64,000 bases of DNA, taken from NCBI RefSeq assembly GCF_006345805.1, contig NC_043002.1, positions 13,144,001 to 13,208,000 of the forward strand, written 5' to 3'. This document shows, in pieces, positions 1 to 12,775 of the stretch. This DNA comes from Octopus sinensis (taxonomy: Eukaryota). The position numbers were made by a program, and so were the translations under genes. Every line of letters starts with the position of its first letter. Within the stretch, counting starts at the first letter, position 1. Under the pieces are notes generated by a model. That model made no database searches. It was given only the letters and a program-made list of their open reading frames with translations, and was not told the DNA's origin.

Positions 1-31
<31 letters not shown>

Positions 32-52
32 CTCTCTCTCTCTCTCTCTCTC
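1..52. repeat. (TCTA)n then (TC)n microsatellite forming the 5' flank of the Tx1 element
   Basis: Direct reading: TCTA repeats at 1-30, TC repeats at 31-52. Confidence 0.95.
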
Positions 53-267
53 GACATGGACGGACGCTAGTCAAATGGGCTCCACGTAAGTTGGTCATTT
101 TACGTTGAAAATTGTTTATTGTGAAATATTTTGTGTTTAAAAGTTGTGCAACAACATCCACTGCAAACCTTGATTAATATCTACACAAAATTTTGCCCCT
201 TGTGGGCAAAATTTAAAAGAAAAATTCTCATAGCCTTCGTGGTTTCATTTAGCCATTTATTTCCAAA

Positions 268-621
268 ATGGCCACTGGTCACCACGAGGCTGAGGTGCAA
301 GTCAAGCGTGACGCAGAGGCAGAAAAACAGGATGCTCTGTTACCTTACGCTGAACCTGACAACTCCGCCAAATCAACATGACAACAGCACAAATACAAAA
401 CAAAGGTCGCAAGGCCAAGCACCGTCAACACCATCAGTGAGTCCACCACCACCACCACCAACACCCGACAACAACACACCATGGCAGAATCTGCTACTAA
501 AACTGCTATCCCTACTAAAGACTCGCCACCATAACAATACCAACATCACCGCCACCAAAGACCGTGCCGTCAATGCTACTAATACTACTAACAACACCAC
601 CGCCGTCACCAGAACGACAAT

Positions 622-652
<31 letters not shown>

Positions 653-2418
653 CACCAACGACGACGACAACACATTCCCTTCAACCACTGCTCACTCCAT
701 CACCAACAAGTGAAAAAATAACGACGACAAGCAACGAAATGCCGAAATTTGCGCTAATGCAGGACTAAATTACGCAGGCAATTTTCCACCCCTTGCTAGT
801 TGCATAATCAGCAACCACAAACCTACAACCCACACCTGCCATCAACACCAACACCACCGGCAGTAACAACAATAACAAAACAACACAAACTTCGCCGAGG
901 CGATAAAAGAAAAGGTAACAAAGTTTCGTTTACTACACAACAGATTAAAGATTGCAGAACCTTATTACAAATCAAAACGGAAAAATACTCTTACACATAC
1001 CTCAGCACATACTGAATGAGGAGGAAAAAAAGACAATTGTATATAAAATCACAAATAAAAAACAAAAAGTCCAGAAAAGGCAAGCACAGACAAAGTCGAA
1101 AAGTGCTTACGCCCCATCTGGGGATACAAGGATTGTGTGACTTGGGCGAACAAGTTCGCACACGTACAGGTGGTTTTTCAGAATGAAGAGTTGGCGAAGA
1201 AATTCTCAACGATAACCCTTCATTCTGATGAACTAACGTTGACACACGAGTTACCTCGGCCAGAAGGTGACGAAAGTCATTATCAGTGGTGTCCCCCAAG
1301 TGACTACAACACTGTGGATTACATCCGCCTAACATCCGAAATGGAGGACATAAACATCCTAGATATCGGTGTTTCGGAAAACAAGGACTGGCTGGGAAAG
1401 AGAATAGAGTTCCTCTTCCACATAAGTCAAGAGACATAAATAAAATCCCCACCCACGTACATCTTGAGGATGGCCGCAAGTTATACGTAGTAGTCGAGGG
1501 CAGAAGGCCACGATGCTATACATGTGGCAGTGAGGCACACCTCAAAAAGGAGTGCAAATCTGCCGCAAAATTACAACAACAACAACAGCCACAGGAAAAT
1601 CACAAAAGCCAGGATTATTGCCCACACCACAATATGGACAGCTAGTCAAGAAGCTGTATGCGGAAATGCAGAAAAACAACAAAGAACAAGCCAACCCAAC
1701 CAAACAACACCAACACCAGCGCCAAGAACAGAATCATCACCACCAACAACAAATAAACCAATTCCAACACCAAGAATAACAACGAAGAAGACAAGCACCA
1801 AGGATGTAGGAGAGACAATAACCACAACAAACCCCCCAGCAACACCCTCCCCGCGCACCACAAACATATCTACAACCGCCACAAACACACCCAGACGCTT
1901 TACCCTTGCCCCCTGCTGATTCGTCAGACTTTTCATCTAACGATGAAAGTTCGACAGAATGGCAAATAGCCACAGGGGTAAAAGAAAAAGATCAAGAAAA
2001 ACCAAACAAGAAATCGCAACCAAAGCAGGGAGATACCTGAACCCTGAAAACTCCATACACAACAAAACAAGCACAACACCACAAAAACAATGCTATCAGC
2101 GATAGACACAAAAGACTCCAACTAATGGAGTACATCACAGGATACACAAACATTTGTGAAGATGACTTTAAAAATAGCAATCATCCACGCACTACACCCA
2201 CCAAACACATCAAAATACTACACATCACACAAACACAACACCACAAACTCAAAGCCCTCTTCCCAAATGCTGTAGGGGGTTTCCAGAAATATCTGTCCCA
2301 AAAACTATATAGAAACCTCCTCGAAGACACATCAAAGAACGAGGAAGCCAAACTTTCGACACAAGTAAGTAACTCTCTGTACTTTCATTTGTGTGTTTTA
2401 AAGCACACACCCCAATAG
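268..2418 (+). pseudogene. Tx1 ORF1 (gag-like nucleic-acid-binding protein), frameshifted
   Basis: Thr/Pro-rich N-terminus, RRM-like segment (FAHVQVVFQNEELAKKF), LYVVVEGRRPR-CYTCGSEAHLKKEC zinc knuckle at 1514-1555, TAG at 2416-2418. The start codon at 268 is inferred. Confidence 0.75.
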
Positions 2419-2422
2419 AATC

Positions 2423-5400
2423 ATGGTCAAGATTGGTTGTGTGAATGCGCGTGGCTTGGGGTCTCCTTGGAAACAGGAGGATACCTCCTAAATGACATCA
2501 AGTCACATGATTTGGGAATCATAGCCATAGTGAGACCAGACTCCACGAGCCACGGGCCCTAAAGTCCATGTTTGGCGGACAGTTTAACATTTATTTCGCT
2601 CCCTGTCTGCCGAGGATGGGCGGTAGTGGCACCGCGGTACTTTTTCACAAGAGCCTGGATCTCGAAGTCAAGACGATATTCGTAGACCCGAGGGTAGACT
2701 GATCGTTCTGGATGTTGACGGCAGCAATGGGTGCGCTTTTCGACTCGTATCAATCTACGCACCGCCCTTAACAGGTCGGGCGGATTTCTTTCGACGTCTA
2801 GAAGTATTCTTGGGAACGTCTCGTCCTTTACTCTTAGTGGGGGATTGGAATGCTACCTTGGACACGCATGTAGACTACGTGGGTAGAGACAGAACAGAAG
2901 GGGATGCAAATGCCTCAGAGACCTGCTCAGACGATTCCAACTGTCTGACAGGTACCGACTCGACCACCCAAATGCACCAACGTGGACATGGAGCAACCGC
3001 AGTGGGTCGTCGAGATCGTATCTAGATAGGATACTGTGTAGGACAGTAGACAAGGATAACTTAGGATGTCCACAATTCCACACAGTCAGCTACACGGATC
3101 ACAAATTGGTGACGTGTACGCTAGACTTAGATAAGGCACATAGACAGGGTCCTGGGTACTGGAAACTGAACGCATCATTCCCGTCCAGACAAGTTTTCAG
3201 AGACCGGATTAGCACACTAGTAAAGAGGGCTTTGACGGGAGCCATCATCAACAACAAATGGTGGTTTGCCCTCAAGAGAGCAGTAAAAGCAGAAGCGATT
3301 AGGTACAGCAAAGCACTAGCCATAGATAGAAATAGAGTAGAGGGTGAGCTAGTTAAGAAGCAGAGAAGACAATTAGAAGCGGCATCGCATCCGACGTTTT
3401 GGCGGCGAGGTTGGCCCTCGACCAACACTTCAACGCCAAACACGAAGGATGTGCTGTCAGAGCTAGGATGCGTGCTCTAAAGAACGAAGGTGTTGGAGCC
3501 GCGAGAGAGGCCCGGGTGGCAGAGGCGCAACAGGGCAACAAAGCCACCATTCGGTCACTGGTAGATGAACAGGGGCGCGAATTGCTCGAGCCAAGTAAAA
3601 TGTGTGAGGCCTTTCAGCAGCATTTTGCCCGACTGTTCGGGACGAGTGGAGGGCAAGAACGTAGGGTAGACTTCAGTGCCTACCTACATAGCCTGCCACG
3701 ACTCTCGACAAGAAAGGCAGGGTGCTGCGAAGGTGCCATCACGGCGGCGGAAGTGCGGGAAGCGATGGCAGAATGCTCGAGGGACAAATCACCGGTTTGG
3801 ATGGTCTACCCTACGAATTTTACTATTGTATGCCAGACTTGTTTGGAGACGTCTTGGCAGCGGTATACTGCAACTGGCAGCAAAACGGGAGCATACCCGG
3901 TTTTGTGAGTCGAGGAGCTGTAACTCTGCTGAAGAAAGATCCAAACAAGGAAACATTATAGATAACTTTAGGCCAATCACTCTGCTCAATGCAGACCTGA
4001 AAATTTTGACAAAGGTGTTAGCCAAGAGGTTGGCGCTTGTCATGGAGAAACTGGTCGACAACGCACAAACGTGCGCCGTGCCGGCCGGAGCATCCATGAC
4101 AACCTCCATCTGATGCGCTACATCATAGACAGGTAGTTAACGAACCTGGCATGGGTGGGGCCCTGATCAACTTGGATCAATCGAAAGCCTTTGATAGGGT
4201 AGACCATCGATACTTGGAGGCAGTCCTGAGAGCGGCTGGTTTCGGCCGTCTTCCGCGGCTGGATAGCTGCCTTGTACAGGGGCATCCGTTCGGTAATTCG
4301 CGTAAATGGACATCTATCGAGACCCTTCGACATTGCACGTTCGGTCCGTCAGGGATGCCCCCTCTCGGCGCTTCTATACGTATTGACTCTTGAGCCACTA
4401 CTGCGGAAGCTGGCGACTCTGAGGGGCATCCCGCGAGAATTAGGATGCGGGACGAGCGTGTCTGCATACGCGGACGACGTCACCGTCATAGTGTCAAGCC
4501 ACGAGCACATCGAGCGGGTCGGCGAGACACTGAAAGACTACGAAGCGGTGACAGGAGCAAAATCAACCGGGAAAAGTCAGTGGGCTTGCGGCTCGGCACC
4601 TGAGAAGCAAGCCCATGCCGTCCACCAGTACCTCCGTCGTGGGACGCTGGACAGACGGCCCGGTTGAGTTGCTCGGGGTCTGGTTCGGTCCGGACCTCCA
4701 AATGGAGAAGAACTGGAACGAGATAACGAGTAGGGTGGTCACTCTCGCCCAGCAATGGGCCGAGAGGAAACTGTCCCTAAAAGGTCGGGCGGAGGTGGTG
4801 AACGCGTACATCGCGTCCATCATCTACTACCGCCTGACCGTCGTACCTTGTCCCGACCCTACCATCACCAAACTAGAACGCATCCTCTTCCGCTTCTTGT
4901 GGAAAGGATGCGTCCCGATGGTCAGGCGATCCATTTGCTGTCAACACCCGTTAAAAGGAGGGCTGGGCATGCCGTGGTTGATGATGCGCAGACACGCGCT
5001 GAGACTGCGACATCTCCGGCTCTATGTAGACGACGGTGAACAGGTGTGGTCGCCGTTTGTGAGGCACGCATTCCCGCAACTCGTCTCCATGACCGAACTA
5101 CAGTCGTGGATCAAAAGAGGCCGAAGAAGGGCGAATGGCACCGCGAGTGTCGCGTTGCTCTCAAGCAACTCTGCCGTCCCGGGTCGACCTTGAGTGACTT
5201 CAACACAACCAAAGCATTCTATAGGGGATTAGTGGAGGGGAGGTACGACGACGAGCTCGGGGCAAACCTGGGCGTCGACGAGGAATACCTGACCCGCCTG
5301 TTTCAAACGACTTTCGGCCCGGGACCTATGGACAACTTCCAGAGATCCCTGGCCTGGCGGTGCTACCGAGAAGCGCTACCCGTTCGGGATAAGCTCTATA

Positions 5401-5847
5401 GGCATGGCTCGAGAAACACGGGGCCGACCTGCCCGAGATGCGGGCAGAGCGACGAAACCGCTCTGCACACAATCGTGCAGTGTCCAGCAATTTCCCACCT
5501 GTGGGCTTATGTCGAACGACTGCTGTCACGTGTGGGACTGTCGGTTTATCAGCCGAGTCTATCGTTAATATCGTCACGCCTCCTTCCTTCAAACGGAAGG
5601 AAGAGCTATTTTTATCATACTTGTGGCTATGGCGAAAGAATGTATCTGGTGGACGCGTCTGAAAGGATTAGAGACAAACACTTTCCTCTCTGGTCAATCT
5701 CTCATCAACTTCTTCAAGTATCACTTGAAGAAAAAAGTGAGAGTAGAGAGGCAAGTTTTGTCTAGTGAATGTTTTAAAAAAAGATGGGTGAATGTAGCAA
5801 GAATGGCACGTATGAATGACGAAGCCACCTTGACTATGATTCTATGA
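2423..5847 (+). pseudogene. Tx1 ORF2 (APE endonuclease + reverse transcriptase), multiple frameshifts
   Basis: MVKIGCVNARGLG start, LVGDWNA, YTDHK, GPGYWKLNAS, NFRPITLLNADLKILTKVLAKRL, LDQSKAFDRVDH, VRQGCPLS, AYADD (~4464-4478), CPRCGQSDETALHTIVQC, stop at 5845-5847. Confidence 0.92.
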
Positions 5848-6249
5848 ACCGTAAAATTAATACAGAGAGTTGCTTATTGCAAAAAAAAAAAAAAAGAAAT
5901 ATAACATGTGACTTCATTGACCGAGGTTACCGTGGTCTTTTCCGTAGGCTTTTCTTTCCACGGGTAAACCTCACCTGTCCTCCCCTTTACACTTCATATT
6001 GACATTTCTGTGATAACGATCCCTATTGATCAATTTTTTTCCTCTCCCCCTTTTTTTTAACCCCCCTTTTTTTTTGTCCTCTTTCTCTCCTTTTACGATC
6101 CCTTTTGATCGACCCCCCCTTTTTTATTTTATTTTATTTTTTTTTTTTTTATTTTTATTTTATTTTTTTTTTTTTTAAACCTTCAAAGAAAAGCTCTACC
6201 TTGTAATTTGTTCTATCTGTGTGCAGCCCTGTGTGGCTAATAAAGAACA

Positions 6250-6250
<1 letters not shown>

Positions 6251-6326
<76 letters not shown>
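6251..6326. repeat. (ATCT)n between Tx1 copies 1 and 2
   Basis: Direct reading; starts immediately after AATAAAGAACAT. Confidence 0.95.
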
Positions 6327-7535
6327 GGCGTGTCGCCGTTTGTGAGGCACGCTTTCCCGCAGCTCGTCTCCATGACCGAACTGCAGTCGTGGATCAAAAG
6401 AGGCCGAAGAAGGGCGAATGGCACCGCGAGTGTCGCGTTGCTCTCAGCAACTCTGCCCGTCCTGGGTCGACCTTGAGTGACTTCAACACAACCAAAGCAT
6501 TCTATAGGGGTTTAGTGGAGGGGAGGTACGACGACGAGCTCGGGGCGAACCTGGACGTCGACGAGGAGTACCTGACCCCCTGTTCAGGACGACTTTCGGG
6601 CCAGGGCCCATGGACAACTTCCAGAGATCCCTGGCCTGGCAGTGCTACCGAGAAGCGCTACCCGTTCGGGATAATCTCTACAGACACGGCTCGAGAAACA
6701 CGGGGCCGACCTGCCCGAGATGCGGTCAGAGCGACGAACCGTTCTGCACGCACTCGTGCAGTGTCCAACACTTTCCGATCTGTGGGCTTATGTCGAACAA
6801 CTGCTGTCACGTGTGGGACGAGTCGGTTTATCAGCTGAGTCTATCGTTAATATTGTCACGCCTCCCTCCTTCAAACGGGAAGGAAGAGCTATTTTCATCA
6901 TCCTTGTGGCTATGGCGAAAGAATGTATCTGGTGGACGCGTCTGAAAGGATTGGAGACAAACACCTTCCTCTCTGGTCAATCTCTCATCAACTTCTTCAA
7001 GTACCACTTGAAAAGGAAAGTGAGAGTAGAGAGGCAAGTTTTGTCTAGCGAATGTTTTAAAAAATGATGGGTGAATGTAGCAAGAATGGCACGTATGAAT
7101 GACGAAGCCACCTTGAGCATGATCCTATGAACCCAGAAATTGAAAACAGAGAGTTGCTTATTTGCAAAAAAAAAAAAAAAAAAGAAATATAACATGTGAC
7201 TCCATTGACCGAGGTTACCGTGGTCTTTTCCGTAGGCTTTTCTTTCCACGGGTAAACCTCACCTGTCCTCCCCTTTACACTTCATATTGACATTTCTGTG
7301 ATAACGATCCCTATTGATCAATTTTTTTTTTTTTCTTTTTCTCTTTTTTTCTTCCTCTCCCCCTTTTTTTTTAACCCCCCTTTTTTTGTCCTCTTTCTCT
7401 CCTTTTACGATCCCTTTTGATCGAAACTCCCCCTTCCTATTTTTTCTTTTTTTTTTTTTTAAACCTTCAAAAGAAAAGCTCTACCTTGTAATTTGTTCTA
7501 TCTGTGTGCAGCCCTGTGTGGCTAATAAAGAAACA

Positions 7536-7536
<1 letters not shown>
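6327..7536 (+). mobile_element. 5'-truncated Tx1 copy 2, near-identical to copy 1 positions ~5045-6250
   Basis: Same ORF2 C-terminus (MDNFQRSLAW, CPRCGQSDE, MAKECIWWTRLKG) and same 3'UTR, ending AATAAAGAAACAT. Confidence 0.95.
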
Positions 7537-7594
<58 letters not shown>

Positions 7595-7608
7595 ATCTAT
7601 CTATCTAT
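7537..7608. repeat. (ATCT)n between Tx1 copies 2 and 3
   Basis: Direct reading. Confidence 0.95.
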
Positions 7609-9060
7609 GGACACGCATCTAGACTACGTGGGCAGAGATAGTAATACGAGGGGATGTAAATGCTTCAAAGACCTGCTCAGACGTTTCCAACTGTCTGCTA
7701 GGTACCGACTTGATCACCCGAATGTGTCAATGTGGACATGGAGCAACATCCAGTGTCCAGATGGAATTTAGATAGAGTATTTGGTAGGATAGTGGATAGG
7801 GATAGTGTAGGTTGTCCACAGTCCCACATAGCTACACAGATCACAAATTTGTGACTTGTACACTCGACTTAGATAAGACCCACAAGCAGTGTCCCGGTTA
7901 CTGGAAACTGAACGCGTCTTTCACGGCACGCCAGGCTTACTGAGACCGGATTAGTACATTAGTTAAGAGAGCATTGACAGGCGCCATCGTCAACAATAGA
8001 TGGTGGTATGCTCTAAAAAAGCAATTAAAGCAGAATCGGTTATGTACAGTAAGACCCTAGCATTAGACCGAAATAGAATAGAGGGAGACCTAGTAAAGAA
8101 ATTAGAAGAGGCATTTTGAACTGGCATCGCATCCAACGTTTGGGGCGAGGTTGGTCCTCGAGCAACACTTCAACACCAAACACGAAGGATGCGTTGTCAG
8201 AGCTAGGATGCATGCTCTGAGGAACGAAGGAGTTGGAGCCGCCCTAGAGGCCCGAGTGGTGGAGGCGCAACGTGGCAACGAAGCCATCATTAGATCTCTG
8301 ACAGATGAAGAGGGGAGCGAATTACTCGAGCTTGAAAGGATGTATGAGGCTTTTTAACAACACTTTACCCGAATGTTCTGGACAAGTGGTGAGTCAGAAC
8401 TCAGAGTAGACTTTAGTGCCTATCTGCTTCGCCTGCCACGATTCTCGGCAAGAGAGGTGGAGTGTTGTGAAAGACCCATCACAGCCGCAGACGTACGGGA
8501 TGCGATGGCAGGATGCGCGGGAGACAAGTCGCCAGGCTTGGATGGTCTGCCCTACGAACTTTATTGTCACATGCCAGACTTGTTTGGAGGCGTCTTGGCA
8601 GCGGTCTACTGCAAGTGGAAGCAAAACGGAAGTATCTCCGTTTCTGTGAAGCGAGGAGCGGTGGCACTGTTAAAGAAAGATCCAAACAAGGGAAACGTCA
8701 TTGATAACTTCAGGCTCATCACTCTGATCAACGCAGATTTGAAGATTTTGTCCAAGCTGTTAGCCAAGAGGTTGGCGCTTGTCATCGAGAAACTGGTCGA
8801 CAAGCGCAAATGTGCCCCGTGCCGGGCAGGAGTATCAATGACAATTTCCATCTGATGCGCTACTTCATAAACGGGGTAGTTAATGAACCTGGCATGGGTG
8901 GGGCGCTGATCAATTTGGATCAATCAAAAGCTTTCGATAGGGTAGACCATCGTTACATGGAGGCTGTCCTTAGAGCGGCTAATTTTGGTTCCGTCTTCCG
9001 CGGTTGGATCGCTGCCTTATAAAGCAGCATCCGCTCAGTAGTTCGCGTAAATGGTCATTT
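7609..9060 (+). mobile_element. Tx1 copy 3, diverged subfamily, internal ORF2 fragment (late endonuclease to early RT), truncated at both ends
   Basis: Colinear with copy 1 ~2860-4317: DKSPGLDGLPYELY, DNFRLITLINADLKILSKLLAKRL, LDQSKAFDRVDH; carries in-frame stops. Confidence 0.9.
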
Positions 9061-9172
9061 TATTGTATCCCTGGTCTTTTATGCGCTAAGCCACTTGGTG
9101 TTAAATTGATGGTATTATTAAATTAATATCTAATTTTTCACCCTTATTTGTAATTTTAAATATATATGTATG

Positions 9173-9207
<35 letters not shown>

Positions 9208-9303
9208 GGGAAGCTTTATGAAAATAAACAAAAGACGAAGGCAGGTGGAAAACAAACGAACAATTGTATTAGTATGGCGCTCAGGAAATATAAATAAAAC
9301 AAG

Positions 9304-9341
9304 TCTTTAACGTTTCGAGCCTACGCTCTTCAACAGAAAGA
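9304..9341 (-). ncRNA. Minimal hammerhead-like motif in the PLE pLTR (core CUGUUGA)
   Basis: UCUUU-CUGUUGA-A-GAGC-GUAG-GCUC-GAAA-CG-UU-AAAGA; stems I and II pair. Confidence 0.7.
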
Positions 9342-9509
9342 TACACAGAGAGAGAAAAACACAGAAAGAAGGAGAGAAAAAAATGCGTGCAGTAGCTAAC
9401 GAATCAACATGGCAATCTGATTTCGGCCAGAGGTCAAAGATCAAACATGAGACGCGAGAGCGAAATAAGGGGAGATAATAGGGTTGATAAAAGGGTTGAG
9501 GGACCAGCT

Positions 9510-9850
9510 AATAGTGCGTAGGAGGGGTCTGGATGTGTGTATGTATAGGGTTGGTGTATGTATTAGTATGTATAAGGGTGTGTGTGTGTGTGTGTGTATG
9601 AGAGAGTATTAGTGCGTAGGATTGGTCTGGACGTGCGTATGTATGGGGTTGGTGTATGTATTAGTATGTATTAGTATGTATTAGTACGTATTGGTATGTA
9701 TAAGTGTGTGTGTGTGTGTATGAGAGAGTATAAGTGCGTATGCGGGGTCTGGACGTGTGTATGTATAGGGTTGGTGTATGTATTGGTTATGTACTAGTAT
9801 GTATTATTACGTATTAGTATGTATTAGTTGGTGTGTATTAGTATGGCACA
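9510..9850. repeat. About 3 degenerate ~95-125 bp tandem units in the PLE 3'UTR
   Basis: Recurring TAGTGCGTA..GGTCTGGA(C/T)GTG..GGGTTGGTGTATGTATTAGTATG with (TG)n at ~9511, ~9610, ~9731. Confidence 0.8.
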
Positions 9851-10184
9851 TCATATGTGATGTGATGTGTAAAGTCATGTGGTGTAGTGAGGAGAAGAGG
9901 GGGAGGGGGAAAGAGGGGGAGAGAGGGGGAGGGGAAGAAGAGGGGAGGAGAGGGGAAGAGGAGAGGAGGGAGGAGGAGGGGGATGAAGGAGGAAAGAGGG
10001 AGAGGGGGAGAGAGAAGGGGAGAGAGGGAGTGAGGGAGCAGAGGGAAGGGGAAGAGGGAGGGAGAAAGAGGGAAGAAGGGAAGGGGAGTAGGGGTGAAAG
10101 GATGAAGGACTGAAGAAGTAGGGGTCGGGGGGAAAGGATAGGTAAAGAGGGGGGAGAGGGGGGTTAGATGAGGAGGGGGGAGAG

Positions 10185-11247
10185 TTGAGACCAAATGGCG
10201 TATAAGAGCGAAGAGAGAAGATTAATTCTTGTTCACGGCGCAAACGGGAATCCGGATGGCCTCTGTGTAAGGACAAACCGAACACAGATAGGTGTTGCAA
10301 GGAGTGACCGGTGGAGCGGAAATGGCGTGAGACCGGTGTGTCGTTCGCAAGGTGGATGTCACGAAGGTGTTCCGCGAACCGGTCAGCCAAGCGGCGTCCC
10401 GTTTGTCCGATGTACAAGGAATTGCAGAGAGAGCAAGAGATGCAATAGATAATATTGCTGGAGGTGCAGGTGAAGGAGTGGATGATGGGATAGGGTCGAT
10501 GGTGGGTGCTAGTGAGGCGGGTGGTGTTGGAGAGGTAAGGGCAAGTGCGGCAACGTGGGCGGGAGCAGGGGAACGAGCCGGGTTGGAGGTAGGGTCAGGG
10601 AAGGAGCTATGGACCAAAAGGTCTCGAAGGTTGTGGGCTCGTTTGAAAGAGGGGAGGGGTCGGTTAGGGAAGAGGTGTGAAGTGGACGGGTCGGACTGGA
10701 GATGACGGAAAGCTCGAAGAATGGTGCGTTGGAGACGTAGGGTCGTGGGGTGGTAAGTGAGGGGAAAAGGGAGGCGGGAGACTACAGGGCGGTTCGGGGA
10801 GAGAGAGCAGATACACGGTCCACGGACCGTGCACGGGCAGGTGCGAGTGTGGGGAGTGGTGAGGGGTATCCACGTAGGGTGAAGTGGTGAGCCATACGTT
10901 GAGACTGAGTCTCAAAGTCATGGTCGTCACTACAGAGCCTACGTAGACGGAGGATTGGGAATAGGGGATGGAAAGCTTGGTGTGTTCTGGGTGGGAGGAA
11001 GAGAAGTTGAGGTATGAGTGTGAGTCTGTGTGTTTTGTAGTGAATGGAGGTGGTAAGAGTGGAGTGAAGAATGCTAACCGAAATGTCGAGGAAGGAGACA
11101 GAGGTGTTGGAGATAGTGGAAGTGAAGTGGGAGGGCTGGATGGAAAGATGGACGAAAGAGAGGAAGGAATCTAGATGTTCGCGGGAGAGTGAGGTGGCAC
11201 CGATAATGTCGTCAATGTAACGACCATATAGTTCAGGAGTGGGACCT
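10185..11247 (-). pseudogene. PLE RT C-terminal half + linker + GIY-YIG endonuclease, disrupted
   Basis: Manual translation: ELYGRYIDDIIG, FKRAHNLRDLLVHS, FTCTSSNIIYCISCSLC-LYIGQTGRRLADRFAEH, REQELIFSLRSYTPFGLN. Confidence 0.88.
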
Positions 11248-11282
11248 ATATATACATATATATATATGTATATAAATTATAC

Positions 11283-11313
<31 letters not shown>

Positions 11314-11639
11314 AAAGTATTTCTGTTGTGTCGTACAAACATACTCCCGCATATGTTCGTATGTATGTATGTGTGTGTTTGCGTTTGTGGTTGTTGCATT
11401 TAGCGAAAACTTAGAATTTTAATTTTTGTTCTTTCTTACCAACAAAAACATTAAACATATTCATTTACATTCACTCATTAATTCCTGAAAACAACTACGC
11501 GACTTAACTAGCATACTAACCTACTTAACTCTTGAAATATGAATATAAGATCGTCACCTATATAACAAAAACTAGAACACACACAGATTCATACACTCAT
11601 ATTAACACAATCACATACAAGGAAGAATAGATATAGTTC

Positions 11640-12590
11640 GTCCAACTTCAAATGGACTAAGGAGCAAATATCAACATTGGATTGTAGGCGAGAAAGTTGA
11701 TGACGCTGCATGGGACGCTACACCCCAAAGCAATCGTAAACAGACTGTATATGAAAAGAAATAATGGTAGCAGAGGACTGATTAGTATAGACCATTGTAT
11801 AAGGAGTGAAAGGAGAACGCTTGCCGAGTATTTGATAAATAGAGATGAAGATCTGCAGCAATATGTCGCGAAAGATATGGGCGTAAATGCAGGTGAAATG
11901 ATGGGCAAGGAAGAGTTTAACCAAAGAGCTGAAGACAGGAGAAAAGAAGACCTTGAAATGAGAAAGCATGGACAGTTTGAAAGGAATGCACATGATGTTA
12001 AGGATAATACAGCATCGTGGGCATGGCTTAAGCGAGGTGATTTGAAGTGTACCACCGAAAGCCTTATCTTTGCTGCACAAGACCAGGCTCTCGCTACCAA
12101 TTCAGTGAAGTATAACATCTATAAAACTTGTGACACCCAGAAATGCAGACTCTGTGGAAAGAGTGTGGAAAATATGACCCACTTGGTAAGTCGATATGAG
12201 GGCCTTGCACAAAAAGAATACAGGCGTCGCCATGATAAAGTGTATGTGTGTCTTCATTGGCTCTTATGCCGCAAGTACCAATATGAAGTAACAGAGAACT
12301 CGTATGACATTGTTCCAAGTAAAGTTATGCAGGAGGATGGAAAAGTAGGGATACTCTGGGACTATGATTTTCAGACGGACGGATCGTGTAATCGAATACC
12401 GTCGGCCGGATATTTTTATATTGGATAAGACAGACAAATACTGTCAGATCATTGATGTAGCCATACCAAATGACATGAATGTTGTGAGTAAAGAGGTTGA
12501 AAATATCACCAAGTATTCCGAATTGAAAGTGGAAATGGCAAGACTGCATGGGATGCGAGAGGATATTGTAAAAATGATAAAGATATTTCG
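11640..12590 (+). mobile_element. R4/Dong-clade non-LTR retrotransposon fragment (post-RT region, zinc finger, restriction-like endonuclease)
   Basis: RLYMKRNNGSRGL, TESLIFAAQDQAL, CRLCGKSVENMTHLV, RRHD, RRPDIFILDK..IIDVAIP (PD..D RLE), KYSELKVE. Confidence 0.85.
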
Positions 12591-12715
12591 CTACTGCCCC
12601 CGTCATTTCCCCTCCCCCACAACCTTTCAGTCATTCTGTAACATCTCTTATTCTTCACTCGCGCTAGGAGGCTGGGTGTATCTCTGCAAGGACTCTAAGA
12701 AACATGCAGATTAAA

Positions 12716-12719
12716 AATA

Positions 12720-12773
<54 letters not shown>
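12716..12773. repeat. (AAT)n
   Basis: Direct reading; 5' flank of a Dong fragment. Confidence 0.95.

Positions 12774-12775
<2 letters not shown>

Larger units (their letters stand above)
53..6250 (+). mobile_element. Full-length Tx1-group (L1 clade) non-LTR retrotransposon, copy 1
   Basis: 5'UTR, ORF1 with CCHC knuckle, ORF2 (APE endonuclease, RT, C-terminal Cys/His motif), U-rich 3'UTR ending AATAAAGAACAT with no poly(A) tail, microsatellites on both sides. Confidence 0.9.
9207..11247 (-). mobile_element. 5'-truncated Neptune-type Penelope-like element with 3' pLTR (9207-~9415)
   Basis: RYIDD RT motif (11208-11222, minus strand), Cys-rich linker GSFPCSRPRCRTC, GIY-YIG nuclease, hammerhead-bearing terminal repeat, (TA)n on both flanks. 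Confidence 0.9.

Noticed and set aside
53-110. HDV-like ribozyme at the Tx1 5' end (TCCACGT resembles an L3 loop)
   Set aside because: Could not form P3 or P1 around the motif.
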